Assembly (NCBI GenBank): GCA_050015075.1
Contig: JBEKCB010000005.1
Span: forward strand, 96,001 to 160,000
Source: Candidatus Brocadiia bacterium
Lineage (GTDB): Bacteria > Planctomycetota > Brocadiia > CAIUPP01
Length of the DNA stretch: 64,000 bases
Reading direction: 5' to 3'
How positions within the stretch are numbered: position 1 is the stretch's first letter; the number at the start of each line of letters is the position of its first letter. Shown here one piece after another: positions 9,877-18,884 of the stretch. Below the pieces are notes generated by a model, which had not been told where the DNA came from, did not search any database, and was given only the letters and a program-made list of their open reading frames with translations. Position numbers and translations under genes: made by a program.

Positions 9877-10203
9877 TTAATTGCCGTGCGCGGATTCCAG
9901 GAAGGCCTTGATCACGCGCTCGATGATCGGTGCGATTTTCTCGCGCTTGTCCGCGCCGAGCTTGGTCAGGCTGGCGCGCGTGCGCGCCTCGAAGTCCCGA
10001 AAAATCTGCTGGCGCCGCTTCTCCAGCTCGCGCTCGATTTGCTCGCGCGGAAGGTTGTAATCGCGCTCGAGCTCATCGCCGAGCGCCTTCAGCTTTCGCT
10101 CCACCTCCACACGCAGCTCCACCGCCTGCAGCCGCGCACGCTCGATCACCTCGTCCGAGCGTTTTTCCAGATCCGCGATGCTCTCGAAAATGTCCTCGTC
10201 CAT
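9877..10203 (-). CDS. Charged coiled-coil protein resembling an A/V-type ATPase peripheral-stalk subunit G/H
   Basis: GGAGGAG ribosome-binding site; 108 aa, all helical and E/R/K-rich, MDEDIFESIADLEKRSDEVIERAR start; function inferred. Confidence 0.55.
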   Translation of the reverse strand: MDEDIFESIADLEKRSDEVIERARLQAVELRVEVERKLKALGDELERDYNLPREQIERELEKRRQQIFRDFEARTRASLTKLGADKREKIAPIIERVIKAFLESAHGN

Positions 10204-10462
10204 GCCGCCGCTCCTCCAAGCCCGTCGGGCGCACCCGACACAGTGTAGTCACCTTTTAGAACTTGTCAAGCGCCCGCAGACGAGCCAGCTCTATCGCCAG
10301 AGATCTTCCTGGATATTGGAAACTGGACTTTGGAAATTGCCGAATGCCCTTGCCGTGGCGCGCCCGCATTGCCAGCATGGCTCCCGACCGCGATTTGACT
10401 TCGATTCGGATTCCCTCGTATAAGGATGCTGCGCGCGATCCTTCGGCCCGAGGAATTCGACC

Positions 10463-12040
10463 ATGAACGGTATTCTGCTTACGGGCGGCACATTGATTGA
10501 CGGCCGGCGCCGTGCCGCGCTGACAAAATGTGACCTGCTCATCGAGGGCGACCGCGTCCGCCGCATCGCCCCGGCGATCCGCGCGCCCGGCGCGCGCGTG
10601 CTCGCGGCGCAGGGGCTGATCGTCGCGCCGGGATTCATTGACGCGCACTCGCACAGCGATCTCTCCGCGCTCCAGGATTCCTCCGCGCAGGGCCGGGTCT
10701 ACGACGGCGTGACTACGGAGGTCAACGGCACCTGCGGCTTCACGCTCTTCCCGCTCGGAGGGCCTTCAGCGGCGCAGCGGAGGGCCGAGATGGCGAAGAA
10801 AAAGGTGCGCGCGGACTGGCGCGACGCAGCCGGCTATTTCGCGCGGGTCGAGTCCTACGGCAGCGCCATCAACCGCGGCTTCCTCGCCGGGCATGGCGCC
10901 ATCCGTTCGGCCGTGGTCGGATACGCCGGGCGCGCGGCGAGCGCGCCGCAGGTCCGCCGGATGGAGGCGCTGCTCGACGAGTGCCTCGAGCAGGGCGCGC
11001 TCGGTTTCAGCAGCGGGCTGTGCTACCCGCCGGGCTGCTTCGCCGAGCCGCGCGAACTGGTGGCCCTCTGCAGCCGTCTGGCCGCCGCGCGCCGCCCCTA
11101 CTGCACGCACATGCGCAGCGAGGGCCGCCACCTGCTCCAATCCGTTCGCGAATCGCTCCGCGTCACGGGCGCCGCCGGCGCCCCGCTGCACATCAGCCAT
11201 CTCAAGACCAACGGGCCGGCGAACTGGTGGAAGATCGGCCGCCTCGAACGTGCCCTCTTCGCCGCGCGCGCCGCCGGCCGCGACGTGACCTGCGACCGCT
11301 ATCCGTACCTGGCGGCGCAGACCGACCTCTCGACGATCTTCCCGGACTGGCTCGCCGACGGCGGCCGGGAACGCGCGCTCGAGCGGCTGCGGAGCGCGGC
11401 CACGAGGGCGCGGTTGAAGAAGGCCGTCGCCGGCACCCGCACCAAGGGCGGCCGCTGGGAGACGATCGTGATCTCCGTCGCGACCGAATCCACGCGCGAG
11501 TTCGAAGGGCTCACCGTCGCCGAGGCAGCGCGCCGGATGGGCCTGGAGCCGTGCGAGGCGGTCTTCGAACTTCTCCTGCGCACCAAGATGGCCGTCAGCG
11601 CCATCTTCTTCGGTATGTCCGAGGACAACCTGCGCCGCATCCTGAAATGGCCGTTCGTGTTCATGGGTTCCGATTCCTCCTCGCGCAGCCTCACCGGTCC
11701 GACCGCCGAGGGCAAACCGCATCCGCGGAGCTTCGGCACGATGGCGCGGTTCCTCAGCGAGTACGCGCTGCGCCTGAAGCTCATGCCGCTGCCGGAGGCC
11801 GTCGCGCGGATCACCAGCCTGCCGGCGGAGCGCTTCCATCTGGCCGACCGCGGCGTTCTGCGCGAAGGCGCGTATGCGGACATCGCCGTCTTCGACGCGC
11901 GGACCCTTCGCGACGCGGCCACCTATGACGCGCCGTTCCGTCTTTCGCAGGGCGTGCGGCACCTGCTGGTGAACGGCACGCCGGTGCTGCTCGACGGCCG
12001 CCAGACGAGCGCCCGGCCGGGCCGCGTCCTCCGCGCGTGA
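10463..12040 (+). CDS. N-acyl-D-amino-acid deacylase (D-aminoacylase, amidohydrolase family)
   Basis: PGFIDAHSHSD, THMRSEG, HISHLK, DRYPY, GSD, HPRSFGT, DRGVLREGAYADIAVFD. Confidence 0.92.
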   Translation: MNGILLTGGTLIDGRRRAALTKCDLLIEGDRVRRIAPAIRAPGARVLAAQGLIVAPGFIDAHSHSDLSALQDSSAQGRVYDGVTTEVNGTCGFTLFPLGGPSAAQRRAEMAKKKVRADWRDAAGYFARVESYGSAINRGFLAGHGAIRSAVVGYAGRAASAPQVRRMEALLDECLEQGALGFSSGLCYPPGCFAEPRELVALCSRLAAARRPYCTHMRSEGRHLLQSVRESLRVTGAAGAPLHISHLKTNGPANWWKIGRLERALFAARAAGRDVTCDRYPYLAAQTDLSTIFPDWLADGGRERALERLRSAATRARLKKAVAGTRTKGGRWETIVISVATESTREFEGLTVAEAARRMGLEPCEAVFELLLRTKMAVSAIFFGMSEDNLRRILKWPFVFMGSDSSSRSLTGPTAEGKPHPRSFGTMARFLSEYALRLKLMPLPEAVARITSLPAERFHLADRGVLREGAYADIAVFDARTLRDAATYDAPFRLSQGVRHLLVNGTPVLLDGRQTSARPGRVLRA

Positions 12041-12112
12041 ACGCGGCGTCGTCGCTTGACAAAATTCGGCGGATGGCGGAAAGTGTAAGCAGTCCCTAAG
12101 CGAGCGAGGAAG

Positions 12113-13021
12113 ATGCCTCTCAGGTACATCGGGCCGACCATTGCGATCGCCGTGAACCTGCCGCTGGCGGTCTGGGCGCTGATCAAACAGCCGCGCAACC
12201 CGGAGTACCGCCTGTTCGCGCTCTTCGGGATCAGCCTGGCGATCTGGAACCTCGGCGGCGAGGTCTTCCATCACGGCGGCGCGGAGAGCATCTGGCAGCG
12301 CCTGTCCTTCTTCGGCATGGCGCTGGCCCCGGCGAACTTCCTCTGCCTGGCGCTGGTCGCGCGCGGGCCGGCGCCGGACGCGGCGGGCGGTTCAGGGCCG
12401 CGCGGCGGGTACTGGCACCTGCTGCTCTACCTGCCGATGGTCGTCCTGGGCCTGGCGCTGAACCCGGCGGTGATCGTGCAGAAGGCGCTCTCACATTCCT
12501 GGCTCAGCGGCTTTTACGTGATGAGCGCGCCGGAGACGCTGGTGTTCGGGGCGGTGACGGCGAGCTACCTGGTTGCGGCGCTGTGGATTTCCTGGCGCGC
12601 CGGGCGCGGCGCCGCGGAGGACGAGGACTGGCCGTTCTACATGGTGGAGCTGCCCTTCGCGGCGGGCACGCTCGTCGTGCTCGCAGTGGCCTATCTCCAC
12701 TCCGAGAAATCTCCGACCGTGTCGCTCTGGGCCATGGCCATGTCGCAGTTCGCCATGTTCATGATGATCCGCCACGGGCTCGTCCGCTTCGAGTTGAGCC
12801 TCAAGCGCGGCGTGACGCTGGCCTTCATGGCCGGCATCCTCGCCGCCTGCGTGCTGCTCGGCCTCGCGCTCATCAGCGTTTTCTTCGGCCGAACGTTCAG
12901 CCCCGAGATGAGCCTGATCCTCGTCGTCTGCGCCGTGGCGCTGTGCGTGCTTTATGCCGCGCTCGTGCCGCGGCTCGAGGAGTTCTTCGACGCCATCTTC
13001 CATCGCCATCGAAACCACTAA
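12113..13021 (+). CDS. Polytopic membrane protein resembling the N-terminal 7TM sensor region of histidine kinases, without an output domain
   Basis: About 9-10 hydrophobic segments; PRNPEYRLFALFGISLAIW and MIRHGL patterns; ends just after the last TM segment. Confidence 0.6.
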   Translation: MPLRYIGPTIAIAVNLPLAVWALIKQPRNPEYRLFALFGISLAIWNLGGEVFHHGGAESIWQRLSFFGMALAPANFLCLALVARGPAPDAAGGSGPRGGYWHLLLYLPMVVLGLALNPAVIVQKALSHSWLSGFYVMSAPETLVFGAVTASYLVAALWISWRAGRGAAEDEDWPFYMVELPFAAGTLVVLAVAYLHSEKSPTVSLWAMAMSQFAMFMMIRHGLVRFELSLKRGVTLAFMAGILAACVLLGLALISVFFGRTFSPEMSLILVVCAVALCVLYAALVPRLEEFFDAIFHRHRNH

Positions 13022-13080
13022 AATGCCGATTCCCGATCGCCGACTTGTCCGCCGAAGCCTTGGCGAAGGCGGATTGCCGA
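13021..13080. repeat. Composite repeat copy 1: GATTGCC-like heptamers with a nested palindrome TGTCCGCCGAAGCCTTGGCGAAGGCGGA
   Basis: Core at 13046-13073; same element at 22447 and 43335. Confidence 0.85.
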
Positions 13081-13082
13081 GT

Positions 13083-13703
13083 GTGCGACGAACGAACGCG
13101 GCGCGGCTCCCGTGCGCCGCGGTCCTGGGCGCGGTACTGTTCTGCCTGGCCTCGCTCTCGTTCGCCGGGCCGATCGTGACCATTGAGCTGAAGGACGGGC
13201 GGAAGCTGGATGCCGACATCCAGTGGTTCTTCGAGGGACGGTTCGTCGTCCGCGACATGAATTCCGACGAGACGGTCGAGCTGGAAGCTTCCAGCATCAA
13301 GGCCATTGACTTCGGCGAGACCCACCGGGAGAGCGGCCCCGCCCGGCCGCTGACCCTCGCGGAGATCCGGCTGCAGGCCGAGAAGCATCGCTTTCCCACG
13401 CTCCTGAGGAGCTTCATCAACCTGACCGCGGCGCGGCTGAAAGAGCTGGACACCGAAATCCGCCAGGAACTCGACAAGCCCGGCCTGTCGGCGGACGACA
13501 GACGCGACCTGGGGCTCGCGCGCGTGCTGTCGCTCTGGGCCATGGGCCAGGAGGACAACGCGCGAGGACTCCTCGCGAAAATCCGCGCCGACCATCCCAC
13601 CGATCAGGTCGTGAAGCGGTTCGACGTCCAGATGCGCAGTGTCAAGGAGTGGGTGGCCGAGCCGCCTCTGCCGCCCCTGCCGCTCCCGGAAAAGAAACCG
13701 TAA
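13083..13703 (+). CDS. Hypothetical exported protein
   Basis: Signal-peptide-like segment ending LASLSFA, then IELKDGRKL beta motif and a TPR-like helical end; start uncertain. Confidence 0.65.
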   Translation: MRRTNAARLPCAAVLGAVLFCLASLSFAGPIVTIELKDGRKLDADIQWFFEGRFVVRDMNSDETVELEASSIKAIDFGETHRESGPARPLTLAEIRLQAEKHRFPTLLRSFINLTAARLKELDTEIRQELDKPGLSADDRRDLGLARVLSLWAMGQEDNARGLLAKIRADHPTDQVVKRFDVQMRSVKEWVAEPPLPPLPLPEKKP

Positions 13704-13705
13704 CG

Positions 13706-14596
13706 ATGCCCACCGACCCGAATCCCGGCCGCAGCCGCCCGCGCGTGTTGAGCATCGCCGGATCCGATTCCTCCGGCGGAGCGGGAATTCAAGCCGATAT
13801 CAAGGTCATCACCTGCCTGGGCGGCTACGCGATGACCGCCGTGACGGCGGTCACCGCGCAGGACACGCGGCAGGTCGCGGGCATCCACGTGGTGCCGCCG
13901 GAGTTCGTCGCACAGCAGATCGAGCTGTGCATCGCCGACATCGGCCTCGACGCCGCCAAGACCGGCATGCTCTCCGGCGCGCCGACCGTCCGCGCCGTGG
14001 CGGAAGTCCTGCGCCGACACCGCGTTGCCCATCTCGTCGTGGACCCGGTGATATTCAGCACCAGCGGACGCCGCCTTCTCGACGAGCCGGGCGAGGCCGC
14101 GCTGCTCCGGGAAATCCTGCCGCTGTGCGAGGTGGTGACGCCGAACCTCGCCGAGGCGTCGCGGCTGGCCGGGATGGAGGTCGCCGATCTTTCCGCGATG
14201 CGCCGCGCCGCCGAGGCCATCGCCCGCCTGGGCCCGCGCGCGGTCTGGATCAAAGGGGGACACCTCGCCGGCGCGCCGACCGACGTGCTATACGACGGCA
14301 GGGACTTCCTGGAGCTTCCTTCGGAACGCGTCGAGACGAAGGACACGCATGGCGCCGGCTGCGCGCTCTCCGCGGCGCTCGCCACCGAGCTGGCGCGCGG
14401 GCGGGAGGTGCACGACGCCGCCCGCCGCGCGAAGCAGTTCATCACCGAAGCGCTGCGCAATTCCCTGCGCCTCGGAAAAGGCCGCGGCCCGACCGACCCC
14501 CTCGCCGCAGCGCAGGCTTTGAGCCGGAGTGCCGCGATCGCCCTGTCCGAGACCGTGAACCGGTCCAGGAACAAGGGGCGGGAAGCCCCTAGTTGA
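13706..14596 (+). CDS. thiD: Hydroxymethylpyrimidine/phosphomethylpyrimidine kinase
   Basis: VLSIAGSDSSGGAGIQADIK, KTGML, VVDPV, TPNLAEA, THGAGC. Confidence 0.95.
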   Translation: MPTDPNPGRSRPRVLSIAGSDSSGGAGIQADIKVITCLGGYAMTAVTAVTAQDTRQVAGIHVVPPEFVAQQIELCIADIGLDAAKTGMLSGAPTVRAVAEVLRRHRVAHLVVDPVIFSTSGRRLLDEPGEAALLREILPLCEVVTPNLAEASRLAGMEVADLSAMRRAAEAIARLGPRAVWIKGGHLAGAPTDVLYDGRDFLELPSERVETKDTHGAGCALSAALATELARGREVHDAARRAKQFITEALRNSLRLGKGRGPTDPLAAAQALSRSAAIALSETVNRSRNKGREAPS

Positions 14597-14987
14597 CGGC
14601 GTTGCCGGAAACCTGGGTGTCCTTGTACCAGAAAAGCAAGACGGGCGCGATCCATGAGCTGAACCTCTGGGAGGTGAGGTTCAAGGTATGCGTGGCGCCG
14701 AGTTCCTTGCTCTTGCGGGTTACCATATCCGCCACGGCATCCACGTTCACGGTGTCCTTCAGAAATGCCAGTTGGGTTCCTTCCGTGGTCGTGTCGCCGG
14801 TCACCAACGGTATGATGGAAAGGAAGTAAATGCCCCAGCAGTCGCCGTTGATGTGCGCAATAGGGGTGTAGCGTTGCTCCGTGAGACGCTGATCGTTGAA
14901 CGTCTTCGCGACATCCACGGACGCGCAGCCGACCATGAAAACCGTCCCCGCGACCAAGGCCCCGACCATTCCTGGAATGCGCCCCAT
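14589..14987 (-). CDS. Hypothetical lipoprotein
   Basis: Lipobox MVGC after a hydrophobic stretch; AGGAGAGGGAG ribosome-binding site. Confidence 0.7.
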   Translation of the reverse strand: MGRIPGMVGALVAGTVFMVGCASVDVAKTFNDQRLTEQRYTPIAHINGDCWGIYFLSIIPLVTGDTTTEGTQLAFLKDTVNVDAVADMVTRKSKELGATHTLNLTSQRFSSWIAPVLLFWYKDTQVSGNAVN

Positions 14988-15150
14988 GCTCCCTCTCCTT
15001 CCTCAACCCCAAGCCCCAGATGCCCAGCGGTTCACGACAGCCGTGAACCTTCCTACCGACTATTGTACCTCGCCCGGATGCCAAAACAAGCCAAAAATGG
15101 CCGCGCGAACCGGTCTTCTCCGGGAGCCATGGAGGCGGAAATCCGGGGTT

Positions 15151-15193
15151 AAAATAAAACGGCCTGCGACCCCGCCATCGGGATCGCAGGCCG
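15151..15193 (-). terminator. Intrinsic terminator downstream of rpmB
   Basis: Stem cggcctgcgaccc / gggatcgcaggccg followed on the minus strand by TTTTATTTT. Confidence 0.8.
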
Positions 15194-15210
15194 CAGGATT
15201 CCGTCGCGGC

Positions 15211-15441
15211 TCAGCCGGCCTTGACGACTTTCCCGCTCCGCAGGCACTTGGCGCAGACGCGCACGCGCCGCACGCCGCCGGAGGTGGTGGCCTTCACGAC
15301 CTGCAGGTTGGGCAGGAACCTCCGCTTCGTATGGCCGGTCGTCTTCCGGCCCACGCCGCCCTTGCTCTTCGCGAGGCCGCGCCGCGTGAACTGGTAACCG
15401 CTGTGCGGCGCCTTGCCGCAAATCTGGCATCGGTTCGCCAT
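15211..15441 (-). CDS. rpmB: 50S ribosomal protein L28 (CxxC...CxxC form)
   Basis: MANRCQICGK...RRGLAKSKGGVG...RRFLPNLQ...RVCAKCLRSG. Confidence 0.97.
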   Translation of the reverse strand: MANRCQICGKAPHSGYQFTRRGLAKSKGGVGRKTTGHTKRRFLPNLQVVKATTSGGVRRVRVCAKCLRSGKVVKAG

Positions 15442-15605
15442 GTTATTCGCTCCTCATTGGACGCTTTCACACTGTGGGTTCGGCTTGACGCGTATTCGAG
15501 ACGATTACTATAGCAGATTCTGCGGGAAATTTGCAAGGTCGCACTTGCTTTTTCCGCGTCATCGGGATACGCTGCAGGTCTCCGCTTTTTCTAAAGGAAC
15601 CGACA

Positions 15606-15959
15606 ATGATCTACAGGCGCGAAGAGTTCTTCGAGGAGCAGCCGGAAGACCAGAAGTTCCCCGTCAGGCAGGTCGAGCAGGTCACCTCGCTCGACGGCTC
15701 GGTGAAGAAGTTCGTCGGGCGCGTGACCCTCGGCATCCAGACGCCGATGGGAGTGACGAGCCTGCCGGTCACTTTCGAGATCGAGGCCGCGTCCGTCCAG
15801 GAGGCGTTCGCGAAGTTCTCGCAGCGCGCCGAGACGGAGGTCGAGGCCGCCAAGGCCGAGCTTCAAGATGAACTGACGGAGATGCGCCGCCGCAGCCAGA
15901 GCCGCATCGTCACGCCCGGCGACCTGCCCCCGACGGACCTCGGCAAGCTGAAGCTCTAA
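15606..15959 (+). CDS. Conserved hypothetical cytoplasmic protein
   Basis: AAGGA ribosome-binding site; TPMG-x-LPVTFEIEAASVQEAFAKF and RRRSQSRIVTPG resemble a widespread uncharacterised family. Confidence 0.75.
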   Translation: MIYRREEFFEEQPEDQKFPVRQVEQVTSLDGSVKKFVGRVTLGIQTPMGVTSLPVTFEIEAASVQEAFAKFSQRAETEVEAAKAELQDELTEMRRRSQSRIVTPGDLPPTDLGKLKL

Positions 15960-15963
15960 GCTC

Positions 15964-16647
15964 ATGAAACGCACGATCCGGCTTCTGGTCCTGCTGCTCG
16001 GCGCGGCCGTCCCGGGCGCCGCGCTCGCAGCGTCCGCCACGCCGGTGCAGGTTTCCGTCTGGCCGCCGATCCAAATTGTGTCCGAGGACTGGGACGTTGA
16101 CGGGCTCCGGCTCACGCTCCCGTTCGGGGTGAATCGCGACGTCGCCGGGTTGGACCTTGGGCTGGCGAACATCGTCCTCTCGACGGCCTCCGGCGTTCAG
16201 GCCGGTCTGTTGTGGAACGAGGCCGCATGCGCGAACGGCGCGCAGTTGTCGCCGGTGTTCAACTATGCCAACGTGCTGCGCGGCCTGCAGGTCGCCGTCG
16301 GAGTCAACAACGCGGATGACGTGAGCGGGCTTCAGGTGGCGCCGATTCTCAATACCGCCATCACCGACTTGCAGGGTATTCAACTGGCCGTCGGCGGGAA
16401 CCACGCGGACACGGTGCACGGCGTGCAAGCGGCGCTGCTCAACCACTGCGAGCGGATGTACGGCGCGCAGATCGGCCCGATGTACAACTACGCCACGAGG
16501 ATGCACGGCGTCCAGGTCGGGCTGATCAATTACTCCCGGCGGGCTTCCGGCATCCAGTTCGGCCTCCTCAACTTCATGCAGGACGGCCCTCTGCCGTTCT
16601 TCCCGCTGATCAACCTGGACTTCTCCGCCCGCCCCGCCGAACAGTGA
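15964..16647 (+). CDS. Exported repeat protein (LA_2272-like GxQxGxxN repeats)
   Basis: Signal peptide followed by about 9 G(V/L/A/I)Q(x)4-5N repeats, C-terminal PFFPLIN. Confidence 0.8.
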   Translation: MKRTIRLLVLLLGAAVPGAALAASATPVQVSVWPPIQIVSEDWDVDGLRLTLPFGVNRDVAGLDLGLANIVLSTASGVQAGLLWNEAACANGAQLSPVFNYANVLRGLQVAVGVNNADDVSGLQVAPILNTAITDLQGIQLAVGGNHADTVHGVQAALLNHCERMYGAQIGPMYNYATRMHGVQVGLINYSRRASGIQFGLLNFMQDGPLPFFPLINLDFSARPAEQ

Positions 16648-16654
16648 AACCGGC

Positions 16655-17971
16655 CTACCGCCCGAGCCGGCCCGCGTTCTCCAGCAGGTATTTCTCCGCC
16701 TCAGCCGACCAGAGACCGCCGTGGCGGTGCGCGATGCGGGCAAGCTCCGCGAAAACCGGATCGCGCCGGCCTTTCTCCTCGAAATCGCCGATGGCCGTCA
16801 GCGGCATCGAGAGGCCCGTGTAGATCAGCTTCTTCCCGCCGGGGATGTTCGGCAGATTCAGCGTCGTCTCGATCACCGCGTCCAACCCGCCGACGTGCGT
16901 CACCATCGCGGCCGGGTTGATGCGCCCGCGGGACATCAGGTCGAGCGACTCGATCATGTCGTCGGTGTTTCCGCCGCTGGTGCCGAGCGCGTGCGTCGAG
17001 CCGTAATGCACATTGTAGAAATTCACCGGCGCGCTGAAATTCGGATCCAGCGGTCCGGCGAAGAAATTCAGGCACCCGTCGCGGCCGAGGATCCGGTCGC
17101 CGGACTCCACCACCGGCCGCACCGGCGCGAAGACCAGCACGTCGTCGAATCCCTTGCCGCCCATTCGAGCTTCCTCAGGGTGGCCCTGGGCGATGGTCGA
17201 AGGGCCGCCGGTCAGCGAAACCAGGTGCTCCGCCGGGTTCGGGAGCCGGCTCGTATTCACGTAGACGAGCTTCACGCCGTTGGACTGGGCGTCCGCCTCG
17301 GTCAGCAGCGACGCCGCGCGCGAAAGCCGCGCGTCGTCAATGTCCGTGACCACCAGCAGCCCGGGCCGGCGGTCGCAATGAATCGCGTAATCAATCGCGC
17401 CCAGGCCCATCGGCCCGGCGCCGGCGAGGATCGCCATCGCGCCGCCGCGGACGATGCCCATGTCGTGGACGTACGTCCCCGGCTTGCTGTGGTAGATCGC
17501 GTGGAACGCGCCGACGATGCACGACATCGGCTCCGCGAGCGAGGCCGCGAAGTACGCCTCGCCCGTGTAATCGAGCAGGCAGCCGCACTCCATGAACTCG
17601 TTCGGGATAATCACCGCCGTCGCGTCGCCGCCGATATAGCGGTAGGAGTATCCCGGCGCGGCCAGGCTGCCCTGGTAGTTGATCGCCGGCTGGATCGCGA
17701 ACTTGCTCCCGGGCTTGAACCGGTGCTGCCACTTCCTGCCGACCTCCAGGATCGTCCCGCAGAACTCGTGCCCGATGATCGTCGGGTTGCGCGCGATGTC
17801 CTTCGGCACGCGCTTGTGCTCCGCGCCCTGCTTCGCCGCCTTGTGCGAGGACATGCAGATGCTATCGGACACGACGCGCGCGAGGATCTCGTCCTCGCGG
17901 ATCGGCGGCAGCTCGAACTCCTCCAGCCGCAGATCGTCTTTCCCGTAAAGCCGCACAGCGCGGGTTTTCAT
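16655..17971 (-). CDS. Zinc-binding dehydrogenase, L-sorbose-1-phosphate reductase (SorE)-like, carrying a 16-aa repeat-derived insertion
   Basis: MKTRAVRLYGKDDLRLEEFELP, SDSICMS, GHEFCG, LAEPMSC, GAGPMGLG, GTSGG, THVGGL, PGGKKLIY. Confidence 0.88.
   Translation of the reverse strand: MKTRAVRLYGKDDLRLEEFELPPIREDEILARVVSDSICMSSHKAAKQGAEHKRVPKDIARNPTIIGHEFCGTILEVGRKWQHRFKPGSKFAIQPAINYQGSLAAPGYSYRYIGGDATAVIIPNEFMECGCLLDYTGEAYFAASLAEPMSCIVGAFHAIYHSKPGTYVHDMGIVRGGAMAILAGAGPMGLGAIDYAIHCDRRPGLLVVTDIDDARLSRAASLLTEADAQSNGVKLVYVNTSRLPNPAEHLVSLTGGPSTIAQGHPEEARMGGKGFDDVLVFAPVRPVVESGDRILGRDGCLNFFAGPLDPNFSAPVNFYNVHYGSTHALGTSGGNTDDMIESLDLMSRGRINPAAMVTHVGGLDAVIETTLNLPNIPGGKKLIYTGLSMPLTAIGDFEEKGRRDPVFAELARIAHRHGGLWSAEAEKYLLENAGRLGR
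17156..17209. repeat. Palindromic REP-like element inserted in frame, flanked by a 6-bp direct repeat
   Basis: cccattcgagcttcctcaggg-tgg-ccctgggcgatggtcgaaggg; gccgcc at 17156 and 17204, 48 nt apart. Confidence 0.8.
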
Positions 17972-17981
17972 GATGGGCTTC

Positions 17982-18884
17982 CTATGAACGGGCCGGCGTG
18001 GCCGGCCGCGCGCGGTTTGTCTTTCCGGCGGCGAGTTTCCGGAATGCCTTGGGGAGAAATTCGAGGACGTCGGTGGCGATGAGGCCGACTTCGCCGAACT
18101 CCTTTGCGGCCAGGTCGCCGGCCAGGCCGTGCGCATAGGTCCCGAGCACGGCGGCTTCGAACGGGCCGAGCCGCTGGCCGATCAGCGCAGCGATCGTGCC
18201 GGTCAGGACGTCGCCCGTGCCGCCGGTCGCCATGCCGGGATTGCCGGTCGGGTTGACGAACACGCGGCGGCCGTCGGTCACGATGCTCCGGTGCCCCTTG
18301 AGCACGAGCACGACATGGTTCTCCCGAGCGAACCGGAGAGCCACCAGCTTCCGCAATTGCTGCACCCGGCCGACGTTCAGGCCGGCCAGCCGCGCCATCT
18401 CGCCCGGATGCGGCGTAAGGATGCGCGGCGCCGGCGCGCGCCGGAGCACCGCAACGTCCTCCGCCAGCGCGTTCAGCGCGTCCGCGTCGAGGACCATCGG
18501 CTTCGGCAGCTTCAGCACGAGATGATGGACGAGGTGAGTCGTGCTCGGATGGCGCCCGAGTCCCGGCCCGAGCGCAACCGCGTCGAACGATTCGGCCCAC
18601 CGGAGAATCGCGCTGGCTCCGCGGTCGCTCAGCGTCGCCACAGGCGTTTCGGGGAGCGGGCGCGTGGTGCAGCAGACGACCCGGGCGGCGAGGATCGGAT
18701 AGACGCTTCGCGGCGTGCCGACGGTCACGAGGCCCGCGCCGGCGCGCAGGGCGGCGGTCCCGGCCAACGCGGCGGCGCCGACCATGCCGCGCGACCCGGC
18801 GAGGACCAGGACGCGGCCGTAGTCGCCCTTGTTCGAGTCCGCCCGTCGCGGCGCCAGTTCAGGCAGGCCGGGGGTTTTTCGCAT
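17982..18884 (-). CDS. nnrD: ADP/ATP-dependent NAD(P)H-hydrate dehydratase (stand-alone, no NnrE domain)
   Basis: NKGDYGRVLVLAGS, RAGAGLV, GPGLG, LDADALN, TPHPGEM, GGTGDVLTG. Confidence 0.93.
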   Translation of the reverse strand: MRKTPGLPELAPRRADSNKGDYGRVLVLAGSRGMVGAAALAGTAALRAGAGLVTVGTPRSVYPILAARVVCCTTRPLPETPVATLSDRGASAILRWAESFDAVALGPGLGRHPSTTHLVHHLVLKLPKPMVLDADALNALAEDVAVLRRAPAPRILTPHPGEMARLAGLNVGRVQQLRKLVALRFARENHVVLVLKGHRSIVTDGRRVFVNPTGNPGMATGGTGDVLTGTIAALIGQRLGPFEAAVLGTYAHGLAGDLAAKEFGEVGLIATDVLEFLPKAFRKLAAGKTNRARPATPARS

